A stretch of DNA of 64,000 nt from Cyanobacteria bacterium auto_48_18 (GCA_036170915.1 JAVHQC010000008.1:25465-89464); one strand, 5' to 3'. Shown: positions 38,039 to 47,935, counted from the stretch's first letter. A program made the numbers and translations. The notes: generated from the letters alone by a model not told the origin.

Positions 38039-40454
38039 CTGCCTGCTTCTCGGTCAGATCTTGCAAAATTTGATTGCAGTCTTCGTACCGGTCTTTTAAG
38101 TTAATGGCTGTGGCTTTAGCAACGATATCGTCCATGGCTTGTGAGACACTGTCGGTAATTTCTTTAGGATGCGACGCGCTTATGGGCTCGGGTTCTTTGC
38201 CGGTTAAAAGGAAAGCAAGCGTAGCGCCCATGCCGTAGATATCGCTCTGAGGCACAGGTTGTCCGCGAAATTGTTCCGGCGGTAAATAAGCTGGTTTGCC
38301 CACCACGGAGCCTGTGGCATTCGATTCAACCTGTCGAGCGACGTTAAAGTCAATCAATTTAAGCAGGCCATCATGGCGTAAGATCAGATTTTCCGGAGTA
38401 AAATCGCGATGCACCACATGTGGTTCCTGGCTGTGTAGGTAGTTTAGAATCACACACATTTGCTTCGCCAGTTCACGCACTCTTGGTTCGGTAAGTGGCC
38501 CGTTTTGAGTGACGATTTCACGCAGTGACAAACCGTCTATATGTTCTAGAACTAGATAAGCGCGGTGATCCTCGACAAAGAAGTCGAGTAGCTTTACCAC
38601 TTGTTCGTGATTGAGGTGTTTGAGTATTCGCGCCTCACTTTCAAAGCTTTCCAGGACGTCTTTACGCACGCTGATGTCTACATAGATTGGCAGCAAGAAT
38701 TCTTTCAGTACCACTATCTCTCCGGTGCCTTGATCAAGTGATTGATAGGCCGCGCCCTGACCGCCTACGCCCAGTGTCTTTTTGATTTTGTAGCGTCCGT
38801 CATTGAGCACTAAATCGGCGGCCAGCGGCTTCAGGCGATCTCTCTGTGGCGGGGCCGACAGAGCTTGTAACCACAGTTCTGTATAGCTATGGTCTACGGG
38901 CGGTTGAAGCGCTTGCATCACTTCCGCCTGGCGACTGACCTGCGGAGCCCAGCGTTCAATTGCTTGCAAGATTGTCTCGCGATCCTCCACTGACTCCACT
39001 GCGCCTAAATTGAGCTTGACCGAGTCACCAGAATCAAGCAGAAACTCCAGCTCAAGCGCGGTTACCTGAGCTTTGTTTTTGCGGGTGTTCAGCTTGATAG
39101 AGTCTAGTGAACTCCAGGCCACCGCTGCGCTTTCATACTTTTTATGCCCAATCCAGCGGTAGGCCTTGAATCCGATCGGTGTGAATTCAAAGTGAGTGGG
39201 GTGCTTTAATACAAAGACCGTTGCCACCGCAGATAGTGTCGCAGTCATTAACGCTAAAAATCCCAGGTAGATTTGGTTCGAGAAGAAGTTAAATCCACCT
39301 GATGCGGCAGCGCCTGCATCCAAGGGGTTCCCTAATGGGCTGAATAAATGCAACATCTGCGCCAGCAGAGCCGGTCCGAAGATGATAAGTAGAACAATTA
39401 GAACAGCATCGGCAGTAATAGCAATCACGGCGTTGCGTAAACGTTCACCCTGGCTGGTAGACTTCTGTCTGTGCTGAAACCAGCGCTCGATAGCGATGAA
39501 AGGCCGATAGCGAATTACCATTTTGTCGCGAGTGCGAGGCAACGCTACTATTTTCTTCGATGCTTTAGCTGTCGTTTGTGTTTGTGGAGCAAGAGCAATT
39601 AAAGCCTTGCGCCAGTAATAGATATAAGGCACAGCCATAAAAGGTGCAAAAGCGAAAGCGGCGATTTTATGCGGAAAGTCCTTTTCGCCTTTTGGTGGAC
39701 ACAGAGCCTTAAGTTTTGATGCCCAGTAAAAACTCGAATAGATAAAATAACCGACTGTGAATGCCAGTACCAACGGTGCCATCTGCACTTGGGGGAAGGC
39801 GCCGAAAATGCGGCATTGCTCAAAAATAAGCACTAATGAAGTGAGCCAGGTAATCGGTAACAGTGTGCGCAACAGTGGTTGGCCACTACCTTCGGTGTTG
39901 CACTGGGGAAAATATTGGGCGGTATGTTTGAGCAGTTGCTTTTGACTGAGGTAAAACCACATTAGATGCAAGACGAAGAAAAAGACAGCAGCAATAAAGG
40001 CAACGCTGCCTAGAATATTGAAGCTGTGCAGGGTTCCGCTCGCCGCACTGAGCGCGATTTCTGAAGGAATAAGCAGAATTGCCAGCAGTGAAAGCGTGGC
40101 CGTGATCATGCCTGTACGAAGACGCGGCAGGTCGGGTAGTTCCTTCCACTCGCTGTCCAGAGATACCAGCGAAGTTGCACCACGTGCCTGCGCTTCTTTT
40201 TCCGGTGGTTCAACAGTTTCGGCTAGATTGGCCTGGCGAAAAGCCTTTTCTTTTGTGTCGTTTGGCTTGGTGGCAGCAGCCACAACCAGCTCGCTGAGAG
40301 CGGTGTAGTCGTTGATTACACTGAGCTCTGAGTTCGTTGTCGACTCCGCTTTTAAATTTATCTGTTGTTCCCCGGTTTTTAATTCCGCCAGCTTTACGGA
40401 GTCAGACTCCGCCCATTTCGCTTTGGTCGCTTCTTCAGGTCCCAATTCCGTCAT
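38025..40454 (-). CDS. Multi-pass membrane protein with a C-terminal Ser/Thr kinase domain
   Basis: Several TM helices, then LGVGGQGAAY, VLKE, HRDFTPEN, IDFN, GKPAYLPPEQ and SDIYGMG. Confidence 0.88.
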   Translation of the reverse strand: MTELGPEEATKAKWAESDSVKLAELKTGEQQINLKAESTTNSELSVINDYTALSELVVAAATKPNDTKEKAFRQANLAETVEPPEKEAQARGATSLVSLDSEWKELPDLPRLRTGMITATLSLLAILLIPSEIALSAASGTLHSFNILGSVAFIAAVFFFVLHLMWFYLSQKQLLKHTAQYFPQCNTEGSGQPLLRTLLPITWLTSLVLIFEQCRIFGAFPQVQMAPLVLAFTVGYFIYSSFYWASKLKALCPPKGEKDFPHKIAAFAFAPFMAVPYIYYWRKALIALAPQTQTTAKASKKIVALPRTRDKMVIRYRPFIAIERWFQHRQKSTSQGERLRNAVIAITADAVLIVLLIIFGPALLAQMLHLFSPLGNPLDAGAAASGGFNFFSNQIYLGFLALMTATLSAVATVFVLKHPTHFEFTPIGFKAYRWIGHKKYESAAVAWSSLDSIKLNTRKNKAQVTALELEFLLDSGDSVKLNLGAVESVEDRETILQAIERWAPQVSRQAEVMQALQPPVDHSYTELWLQALSAPPQRDRLKPLAADLVLNDGRYKIKKTLGVGGQGAAYQSLDQGTGEIVVLKEFLLPIYVDISVRKDVLESFESEARILKHLNHEQVVKLLDFFVEDHRAYLVLEHIDGLSLREIVTQNGPLTEPRVRELAKQMCVILNYLHSQEPHVVHRDFTPENLILRHDGLLKLIDFNVARQVESNATGSVVGKPAYLPPEQFRGQPVPQSDIYGMGATLAFLLTGKEPEPISASHPKEITDSVSQAMDDIVAKATAINLKDRYEDCNQILQDLTEKQAGGHE

Positions 40455-41959
40455 TTTGACTCTCCGGGTGAAATTTGATGAGACAGTGACAGGACTTGAC
40501 TATGTTCGGTTTGCATTGTCGTCATCGTCGTCAGCATTCGCGACAATTCAGCCTGCAGCTCTGCTGCGTCTTGCATACGATCTTTTTTCTCGAAAGCAGT
40601 CAGTGCTTTGATCAGATTTTCCATTTCAACTGAAATCTCAGGCATGATTGTTCTTATTTCGGTTTGCGAAAGAGGCACAGGATCTCTTCCTGTCAATAAG
40701 AAGTGCAGTGTGCCTCCCAGGGCGTAAAGGTCGCTTTGCGGCACGGTTTTGCCGCGCAGCTGCTCAGGGGAAATGTATGCTTGTTTGCCTACGAGAGTAC
40801 CAGTGGCAGTGCCGACAAATTCGTTGGAAGCGCCGAAGTCAATTAGCACTATTGTACCGTCGTTTTTTAAAACCAAATTATCTGGAGTGAGGTCGCGGTG
40901 CACCACGGGCGGTTGTTGTCCGTGTAGAAAATTCAGAATGTCAGCAATTTTTACAGCCCAGTTGAGTACCGTTCTTTCGCTGCAGGGGCCGTTTTGTTTG
41001 ACCATCTGGCGCAAATCTTGACCATGAATATATTCCATTAGCAAATAGTGACGATCGTCTTCAACAAAGTGATCCAGTACTTTCGCTATGTGCGGATGGG
41101 AAAGTGAAAAGAGCATTTTTGCTTCGCGCACCAGATGCTGCTCTGCCAATTCTTTTGCTTGCGGATCAACGCTATGCGGCACTACTGCCTCTTTTAAGAC
41201 AAAGAGGTCACCCTGGTTTTTTTGCACCAGATAAATTGCCGAAAGTCCGCCAAATGCCAGTTGCCTGACAATTTTGATTTTTCCATTTTGTACCAGTTTG
41301 TCTGGTTCGAGGGGTACGAATGTGGTGACGGTGAAGCGTCGTCCCAGCTCTTCTTGCCACATTTTACCGGTCAGTTGCCCACCGGTATTCTGACTTTCGC
41401 CCTGCATAGATCGTTGAAAGGCAATTAGTTCGGCCGACCGTTCGCAGCCTGTGCCCCAGAGTTCGATAGCTAGCAAAAATTCTTCCAAAACACCCTTAGG
41501 CATGTCACGGATGTTCAGCGGTAACAGAATATTTGGTTGAAATCCAAGCACCAACTGCTCACCATTCTCATCACCGGAGTGCAGTATGGTGGCTGTTCTT
41601 AGCTCTTCCCACTGCCAGTTGCGTTTGAGCGAAAGTTTGGGCAGCAGAAAGGGAGGGAAGCTCATACCGTTTTTGGAGATATGAATTTTGTCGTCTTCAC
41701 TCAGGGCCGACAAAATTAGACCAACAAAGATAATCGTCAGCAAAACCGCTGAGATGATCACATTATTTAGCAGGTTTGAGGAATAAGGATACTTAATCAA
41801 CCAGACCACAAATGAAGTCAATGCCATTGGTGCAAAGAGCGACCAGATAGGCAGCATCAGGCACACGCCTACCAGTTGCACCTTCGTCTGCAGCGGTTTA
41901 TAGGGAACAACCAGCTGAAATTCCGCCATGATTTGCCCCGCCATTGAAATAACAACCAA
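40451..41959 (-). CDS. Membrane Ser/Thr kinase (2 TM + linker domain + kinase)
   Basis: LAFGGLSAIY, VLKE, HRDLTPDN, DFG, GKQAYISPEQ and SDLYALG. 4-bp overlap with the next gene. Confidence 0.88.
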   Translation of the reverse strand: MVVISMAGQIMAEFQLVVPYKPLQTKVQLVGVCLMLPIWSLFAPMALTSFVVWLIKYPYSSNLLNNVIISAVLLTIIFVGLILSALSEDDKIHISKNGMSFPPFLLPKLSLKRNWQWEELRTATILHSGDENGEQLVLGFQPNILLPLNIRDMPKGVLEEFLLAIELWGTGCERSAELIAFQRSMQGESQNTGGQLTGKMWQEELGRRFTVTTFVPLEPDKLVQNGKIKIVRQLAFGGLSAIYLVQKNQGDLFVLKEAVVPHSVDPQAKELAEQHLVREAKMLFSLSHPHIAKVLDHFVEDDRHYLLMEYIHGQDLRQMVKQNGPCSERTVLNWAVKIADILNFLHGQQPPVVHRDLTPDNLVLKNDGTIVLIDFGASNEFVGTATGTLVGKQAYISPEQLRGKTVPQSDLYALGGTLHFLLTGRDPVPLSQTEIRTIMPEISVEMENLIKALTAFEKKDRMQDAAELQAELSRMLTTMTTMQTEHSQVLSLSHQISPGESK

Positions 41960-42121
41960 GCATTGGGTTATTCCCTTTGGGCTCTGTCAACTAAACCGCA
42001 GCCCGCTTTGTTTCTTAACAAATCAAAGGTGGGCACAAGCAGAGTTGAGTCTGTGGGTTCGCGTTCGCCACTGCCAGTAGTGGCGTCATTAACTTTTTCT
42101 TTAAAGACATACTTGCATATG

Positions 42122-42643
42122 TCAGAGCTTAAGTCTCATGAACACTCGTTTTTCTACGGGTAGTCCAATCTTTTGTTCCAGCATGTATATTTCATGCAAC
42201 TGGCTTTCCCAGTTTTTCTGCGGCAGCACGGTGAAGCCAAGCTTCTCGTAAAAAGGCGCATTCCAGGGAATGTGCGCAAAGGTTGAAAGCGTTAAATGGC
42301 CGAATTTTTTCTCTCGGGCCCAATCGACTACTTTTAATACCAGTGCTCTACCAATGCCCTGTCGGCCGAAGCCTGGCAACACATCTAATTCTTCCAAATA
42401 AGCGAGCGGCCCCAACACTGTAGCGATGGCAAAACCTGTGACTTTGTTTTGTTCTTGCTCGCAAACTGAAATCCATACCTGCTCTTCTTTAATTAAGGTC
42501 TTAAGTAAGGTTTGTTCGAAGTGATGATCCATCAAGTGATCGACCAGACCGAGACCCTTAAACCTTGATGCCGCTGCCAGCTCAACTTCCTTGATAGCCT
42601 TTAGGTCGCTCGTTCTAGCAAATCTGATTGTAGGGGCAGTCAT
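42122..42643 (-). CDS. GNAT family N-acetyltransferase
   Basis: LEELDVLPGFGRQGIGRAL acetyl-CoA motif; LSTF..IPWNAPFYEKLGF. Confidence 0.92.
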   Translation of the reverse strand: MTAPTIRFARTSDLKAIKEVELAAASRFKGLGLVDHLMDHHFEQTLLKTLIKEEQVWISVCEQEQNKVTGFAIATVLGPLAYLEELDVLPGFGRQGIGRALVLKVVDWAREKKFGHLTLSTFAHIPWNAPFYEKLGFTVLPQKNWESQLHEIYMLEQKIGLPVEKRVFMRLKL

Positions 42644-42778
42644 TTTGTTCGCTCAGGTCCTTATAGACATCGGCAACTGCTCAGTTGACCGTAACCGATT
42701 GTCACAGCTTGCAGATTAAGTGGCTAAGGCAAGTTGTAAACGGCATTAAATGGTAATCCATTTCAATGAGGATTATCT

Positions 42779-42985
42779 ATGCCAGGCGTTTATAAAATGA
42801 CCGAAATCGTCGGAACATCCACCGAAAGTTTCGCTGATGCTGTCAAAGAAGGCGTCAAGCGCGCTTCAAAAAGTCTTCGCCACTTGAGCTGGTTTGAAGT
42901 CGTTGACCAGAGAGGGTCAATCAAAGATGGAGCAGTAGAAGAGTTTCAGGTCACAATCAAAGTCGGGTTTAAATTAGAAGACTAA
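42779..42985 (+). CDS. Dodecin (flavin-binding protein)
   Basis: VYKMTEIVGTS, L.WFEV...RG.I.DG.V..FQVT.KVGF; GAGG RBS. Confidence 0.95.
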   Translation: MPGVYKMTEIVGTSTESFADAVKEGVKRASKSLRHLSWFEVVDQRGSIKDGAVEEFQVTIKVGFKLED

Positions 42986-43018
42986 TTGTGGGACAAAGTG
43001 GTTGTTTTCCCATCTACA

Positions 43019-43666
43019 ATGATCGATGTGAAAACGCAAACACTTCTACTCCGCAAGGTCGCCGCTAGCTCAGCAATAGCTTTTGCTCTAGTGGCGGCCT
43101 TGTCTGTTCTAATGCCGGTCAGTGGTGGCGAAACTCCAGCGGACCCGGCACTTCCAGGCGCAGTGGAGAAACCGGCGTTTTATGGTTTTACACTCAAATC
43201 ATTGAGTGGGCAAGACATCGACTTTTCGCAGTATCAAGGCAAGGTGGTACTGGTGGTCAATACTGCCAGCAAGTGCGGATTTACTTCCCAGTATGCTGGT
43301 CTTGAAGCCTTATACAAGAAATATGCGCCCAGGGGCTTGGTTGTTCTAGGCTTTCCCTGCAATCAGTTCGGCGGTCAAGAACCGGGTGATGGTGCGGAAA
43401 TAGCCACATTTTGTCAGGCAAATTATGGCGTCACATTTCCTATGTTTGAAAAAATTGACGTCAATGGCAAAGAGGCAAGCCCGCTCTATGTCTTTCTCAA
43501 GCAAGCGGCCCCCAACGATCACAGTAATATCAAATGGAATTTTACAAAATTTCTCATCGCTAGTAATGGCGGCGTGCTCAGGCGCTACGGCTCCATGGCC
43601 AGCCCTGAGAGTTTAGAAAAAGATATAGAGAAGGCGCTTGAGGCAAATCAATCGGCAGAGCCATAA
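43019..43666 (+). CDS. Glutathione peroxidase family protein (Cys type) with an N-terminal signal/anchor
   Basis: VNTASKCGFT.QY, LGFPCNQFG.QEPG and KWNFTKFL. Start uncertain. Confidence 0.92.
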   Translation: MIDVKTQTLLLRKVAASSAIAFALVAALSVLMPVSGGETPADPALPGAVEKPAFYGFTLKSLSGQDIDFSQYQGKVVLVVNTASKCGFTSQYAGLEALYKKYAPRGLVVLGFPCNQFGGQEPGDGAEIATFCQANYGVTFPMFEKIDVNGKEASPLYVFLKQAAPNDHSNIKWNFTKFLIASNGGVLRRYGSMASPESLEKDIEKALEANQSAEP

Positions 43667-43684
43667 TTTCTCTACCCTACCTAA

Positions 43685-44107
43685 TTAGTCTTCAAATGCT
43701 GGCCGGCGGCGCTGTTGTTTCTTCTTTGAGTTCTGCACTTTAGTGTCAACTCTTTTAATGGTCGAGCTCATTGTCGGTTTGGTCGCCTTGCGCAGAACCG
43801 GACGGGTGGCCACTGACATAAGCATTTCGGTAACTTTCGCCAGGCAATCGTCAATGTTGCCAGGCTGATCGCGATAGCGTTGGCTGCTTAAGACCAGCTC
43901 TCCTTCTATGGTCAGTCGACTGGCATATTTGGTGATGAAGCGGGCTTTTACAGCGTCAGGCAAACTCGGACTGGTATTGACCGGCCAGCGCAAAATTGCC
44001 TTGCTATTGACCTTATTGACGTTTTGTCCGCCGGGCCCACCACTGCGCGCAAAGGTAAACGAAAACTCGCTCAGGGGAATTTGGATGTGGTCGGCAATGT
44101 AGAGCAT
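43685..44107 (-). CDS. arfB: Alternative ribosome rescue factor B (peptidyl-tRNA hydrolase, YaeJ)
   Basis: RSGGPGGQNVNKV, R.Q..N and a basic C-terminal tail RKATKPT...KK. Confidence 0.93.
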   Translation of the reverse strand: MLYIADHIQIPLSEFSFTFARSGGPGGQNVNKVNSKAILRWPVNTSPSLPDAVKARFITKYASRLTIEGELVLSSQRYRDQPGNIDDCLAKVTEMLMSVATRPVLRKATKPTMSSTIKRVDTKVQNSKKKQQRRRPAFED

Positions 44108-44174
44108 AGTAGAGCGATTTTAGCCCATGGTTACGGGGATGGCAAAGTTAATCGAGAAAAAATGGAACAATAAC

Positions 44175-44204
44175 AAAAAGCAGGAGCCGAGCCCCTGCTT
44201 TTTT
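44175..44204 (-). terminator. Intrinsic terminator after the His-rich protein gene
   Basis: AAAAAGCAGG / CCTGCTTTTT stem with T tracts on both strands. Confidence 0.8.
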
Positions 44205-44223
44205 GGTTTCAGCTATGTGCGCT

Positions 44224-44568
44224 TCAGGCGGCTGAGAGCACGCCGTGGTCGTCGCAGTGAGTGCCGCAAGGGCTGTGCAGGTGGCCGCTGACCAGGTAGT
44301 CTAAATGGTCACCGTGAGGCACTGCATCGTGGCCGCAGTCGGTGCCATGTTTGTGGCCGGCGTCGTGACCTTCGCAGCGGTGCTCTGGTGTGCATTTGAC
44401 TGGGTTGCTTCCCGATACTGGTAACTTGCACTCATCTACATGGTCGCTGTGCACTTGGTGCAAGTGGCCGTCATGTACATAATCGACATGATCGTCGTGT
44501 TTGATTGCTACGTGACCACAATTGTTTCCGTGTTTGTGATCGTGGTTATTGTGTGTTTCGCAAGACAT
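44224..44568 (-). CDS. Small His/Cys-rich putative metal-binding protein with an internal duplication
   Basis: Two copies of H.HG..CGH.A..H.DH.DY...GHLH; AGGAG RBS. Confidence 0.85.
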   Translation of the reverse strand: MSCETHNNHDHKHGNNCGHVAIKHDDHVDYVHDGHLHQVHSDHVDECKLPVSGSNPVKCTPEHRCEGHDAGHKHGTDCGHDAVPHGDHLDYLVSGHLHSPCGTHCDDHGVLSAA

Positions 44569-44763
44569 TGTTTAAGCTCCTGGAAAATTGCGCCGGGTTA
44601 TCTTTCCACGGCTCTGTATTTCTCACGTTTTATCGCCTGCTTGCGTTGCTGTCAACGGCAGTCTGGTAATCTCACACCATTGATGGTGCCTGTGGTGCTT
44701 AAAGAATGGCTTCAGCCCTGACTTTGGAGCGTTGTAAAAATGCGACTAAGAAAATTGAAGGGT

Positions 44764-44837
44764 ATGAAAATCGTTTCCATAACCGAAGAATATTTGATAC
44801 AGATGATAATGAAAATGGTTTGCATTATCATCTGTAT
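44764..44837. promoter_or_regulatory. Two Fur/Zur-like boxes, the second nested in a 15-bp-arm inverted repeat
   Basis: ATGAAAATCGTTTCCAT (44764-44780) and ATGAAAATGGTTTGCAT (44809-44825). Arms ATACAGATGATAATG (44797-44811) / CATTATCATCTGTAT (44823-44837). Confidence 0.6.
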
Positions 44838-44873
44838 TGGGCTGTCTGCGTCTTCTTTCAGTGGTAGCTATTA

Positions 44874-44913
44874 AAAGCGGTGATGACACCATCTCTAGTA
44901 TCATCACCGTTTC
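44874..44913 (-). terminator. Probable intrinsic terminator of the N/Q/Y-rich gene
   Basis: CGGTGATGA / TCATCACCG stem, followed by CTTTT on the minus strand. Confidence 0.6.
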
Positions 44914-44944
44914 GTTGTATTGCTTAGAACTATTTGCAGCTAGC

Positions 44945-45415
44945 CTAGAATCCTAGTGTGTTGCGTAAAATCTGGCCCAGGCCGCTGCCACTGCGGTTGT
45001 TAATGTTGTTATTCATGTAATACGGATCGACAGTATTGATACTAGTGTTCAAATAGGGATTTACCGCATACGGACTAACGTAAGCATTGACATTGCCGCT
45101 ATTGACGTAACTAGGGTTGTAATAGGGCGAGTATGGATTAGAGTAATCTATCTGATTGGGGTGATAGCCGTGGTTGCGCTGGTGCCAGGGGTTGACGTAA
45201 GCGGTGCCATTAACTGGAATTTGTTGATTGTAAATGGTTTGCTGATTGAGCAGATTGGCTTGCGCTTGTTGATTGGCGACTTGGTTCATGTACATCTGCA
45301 TGGCCATAGTATTCAACTGCTTTTCTTGCTCTGTAGCTTGAGCCGGCAAGGTAGTGAATGTCATGCCAAGAACTGCTGCGGCTGCAAGAAGCCCGCTGAT
45401 ATAATTGACCTTCAT
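44945..45415 (-). CDS. Secreted low-complexity N/Q/Y/P-rich protein
   Basis: GAGGA RBS before ATG 45415. Signal peptide ending LPAQA. Recurrent NPY/SPY motifs. Confidence 0.75.
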   Translation of the reverse strand: MKVNYISGLLAAAAVLGMTFTTLPAQATEQEKQLNTMAMQMYMNQVANQQAQANLLNQQTIYNQQIPVNGTAYVNPWHQRNHGYHPNQIDYSNPYSPYYNPSYVNSGNVNAYVSPYAVNPYLNTSINTVDPYYMNNNINNRSGSGLGQILRNTLGF

Positions 45416-45745
45416 TGTATATTCCTCTTTGCTGAGACAAAGCTTGAGACGACTATGGTGCACCATTGTTCCAATTTTTTGACATCGTGCCTGGTGCTCT
45501 GCAGTAACAGTTAAAATTAGACCGGAGAGCTGCTGGGACAGCTCTCCGGCCTAACGGGATTGAGTGTTATCGTAGGTGCGAAAAGTGTTTGCGTCAGTCT
45601 CGACTCTGCGGCATCTCATGCGACTTTAGACTGCGTGAGCATACAGTTGGTTCCATCAATTTAGTAATAAAGTTCACTCGGATCAATTAGAATGTCCCTA
45701 ACAGCTGAGGCATTACGTGTTCAAGTCATTTAGCAGCAGAGGCAC

Positions 45746-46252
45746 ATGAAAAAAATATCTGTGGTTACCGCCCTGGCGCTTCTATTCAGCGTCTTGCCTG
45801 TCCAAGCTGAGCGTTACACTGCACGAGTTCTGACCGTGACCGATGGCGATAGCATGCTAATTGATCATAATGGTAAAAAAGTAAAGTTGATTATGTATGG
45901 TGTGGATTGTCCTGAAAACGGTCAAGACTTCGGCCTACAAGCCAAGCAATTTACGAATACTTGTTGCTATAAAAAAGATGTTGTTGTTGATGTGCGCAAT
46001 ACTGATAAATATGGCCGCGTAGTGGCGGAGGTATACCTAACAGATGGTGTTGACCTTAATCAAGAGTTGGTACGCCGAGGTCTGGCCTGGTGGAGCGATA
46101 AGTTTGCCCCGAATGATAGCAAATTGAAAGAGTTACAAGCAGACGCACGCGTCAAGGGTAAAGGGTTGTGGACAGCACCAAATCCGATACCGCCCTGGAT
46201 TTTTCGCAACGGCGATAAAGCCGTGCAAGCGACTATCATGCCGGGCAAATAA
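45746..46252 (+). CDS. Thermonuclease (SNase-like) family exported nuclease
   Basis: V.DGDS, GVDCPE..Q.FG, DKYGR..A, LN.ELVRRGLAW and A....KGLW. Confidence 0.93.
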   Translation: MKKISVVTALALLFSVLPVQAERYTARVLTVTDGDSMLIDHNGKKVKLIMYGVDCPENGQDFGLQAKQFTNTCCYKKDVVVDVRNTDKYGRVVAEVYLTDGVDLNQELVRRGLAWWSDKFAPNDSKLKELQADARVKGKGLWTAPNPIPPWIFRNGDKAVQATIMPGK

Positions 46253-46330
46253 TCACCTCTTTAAAAGAAGTCTAGAAATATTCTGAAGCTACTGTCAGAA
46301 TGGAGTCGGAATTCTTTGGCTCATTATTAG

Positions 46331-47830
46331 TTGTTAAGAGGTACAGATCGCGTGCAGAGCATAATCACCCGCGTCTCCGGCAAAAATAAAGACAGACAGA
46401 GCCGCCCCCTTGTCAGCCTGGTATCTTTCTTAATGGCGCTCTCGTTCGGATTTTGTTCTTCGCCTGTAGAGGCCGTTACCTTCGGCATTACACCCTTACC
46501 CAAGGGCGGCGAGAATGCCACACCGCGTGACCAGATCAATGCCATGAAAATGTGCGTAGACGCTGGTGTTACCGGAATATTTTATGGCGGCACCTGGGCA
46601 GATCTCGAACCGAGCAAGGGCGTATACAGTCTGACTCAGATGGGAAAGACACTTAAGTACGCACCGAAATTACAGCGTTTTATCGGCGTGCAAGTTTTTG
46701 ACATCACCACCAAAAACATGCCCAGCGATTTGACCAAAGCCAAACTTGATAGCCCAAAAGTGATCTCTCGCTTTGGGCAGCTTATGGTCAAAATGAAGAA
46801 AACCACTGGCGGCAACATTGCTTATATGTCAATCGGAAATGAAGCTGATGTTTACCTGTCTGCCCATCCCAAAGAAGTAGACAGCTTCATCAAATTTTTC
46901 AAGGCTGCTAAAGCGGAAGTGGTGAAGACTTTCCCCTCCTGCAAAGTAGGCATAACCTTGCGCGCCGAAAATTTGCTTGCGGGCAAGCCACCATCGGCAG
47001 TGGCGCAAAAGCTTCTGGATGAGAGTGATGTGGTGATGTTCAATTATTACCCGGTCACCAACTACAGACCAAAGCCACCGCAACAGATTGAAAAAGACAT
47101 GGAAGTGCTGGTCAAGGTCGCCAATGGCAAACAAATTGTTTTCCAGGAAATTGGCTATCCCAGCTCGCCTAAGCTCGGTTCTTCCGATAAGAATCAGGCT
47201 GACTTTATTACTCTGGCGTTTAAAGAACTGCGTAAAAATCCGCAAATCGAATTTGCTAATTTCTTCGCCTTGCACGATTTAACTCCTGCCATTTGCGATT
47301 ATTTGGCCGAACACTATTTGATCAACAGCAAAAATTATCGCCAGGCCATGCAGTCTCTTGGTATGAGAAAAAGTAGTGGAAAAGAAAGGCCAGCCTGGAC
47401 CGCTCTCAAGACCGGTTTGAGCGAAAAGCCTGCGGTCAAGACTGATGAGACCAAGCCAGAAGAAGTGCCAACTGATGTAGCGCCGGGCGAAACAGTGCCG
47501 GCCGCCACCCCTGTCTCTCCGTCGTCACCGGAGCAGCCTGAAACTCCTGCTGGCCAGCCGGCTCCTGTAAAAGTTGAACCGACGACACCAGAATCGGCTA
47601 CTCCTCCGGCTGGTTCAACTGATACGGTAGACAAAACTGAAAGCAAGACTGAGACTAAATCAGATGAAGACGCAGCAAAAGTAGAGACCAAAACAGAAAC
47701 TAAATCTGACACCAAATCTGAAACTAGTGACACAAAACCAGATGGTGTTCCGGGCGCTTCGCCTGGGTCTGAAGCTGAATCAAAAGCTGATACTAATTCA
47801 GATTCTAAAGATAAGGACCAAAGCAAATAA
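46331..47830 (+). CDS. Exported clan GH-A-like glycoside hydrolase with a long P/T/E/K/D-rich tail
   Basis: W.DLEP.KG.Y, acid/base IGNE, NYYP and nucleophile-like FQEIGYPS. About 130-aa disordered tail. Start uncertain. Confidence 0.7.
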   Translation: MLRGTDRVQSIITRVSGKNKDRQSRPLVSLVSFLMALSFGFCSSPVEAVTFGITPLPKGGENATPRDQINAMKMCVDAGVTGIFYGGTWADLEPSKGVYSLTQMGKTLKYAPKLQRFIGVQVFDITTKNMPSDLTKAKLDSPKVISRFGQLMVKMKKTTGGNIAYMSIGNEADVYLSAHPKEVDSFIKFFKAAKAEVVKTFPSCKVGITLRAENLLAGKPPSAVAQKLLDESDVVMFNYYPVTNYRPKPPQQIEKDMEVLVKVANGKQIVFQEIGYPSSPKLGSSDKNQADFITLAFKELRKNPQIEFANFFALHDLTPAICDYLAEHYLINSKNYRQAMQSLGMRKSSGKERPAWTALKTGLSEKPAVKTDETKPEEVPTDVAPGETVPAATPVSPSSPEQPETPAGQPAPVKVEPTTPESATPPAGSTDTVDKTESKTETKSDEDAAKVETKTETKSDTKSETSDTKPDGVPGASPGSEAESKADTNSDSKDKDQSK

Positions 47831-47909
47831 TCTTGTAGATAATTCTCGCAGATTAAATTTGCTGGTCGCTTTGGCCGCGCTGGACCGATTGGTAATGTTT
47901 TAGATAAGG

Positions 47910-47935
47910 GCGGGTGTAAGTTTTCTTGCACCCGC
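47910..47935 (+). terminator. GC-rich hairpin downstream of the GH gene
   Basis: GCGGGTGTAAG / CTTGCACCCGC with one G-U, followed by TTCT. Confidence 0.5.

Noticed and set aside
43019..43666. Selenocysteine glutathione peroxidase
   Set aside because: The active-site codon is TGC (Cys) and there is no in-frame TGA.
45520..45620. c-di-GMP-I riboswitch (fragments CTCCGGCCTAA and GACGCAAA)
   Set aside because: The fragments lie on opposite strands and the two-stem architecture cannot be assembled.
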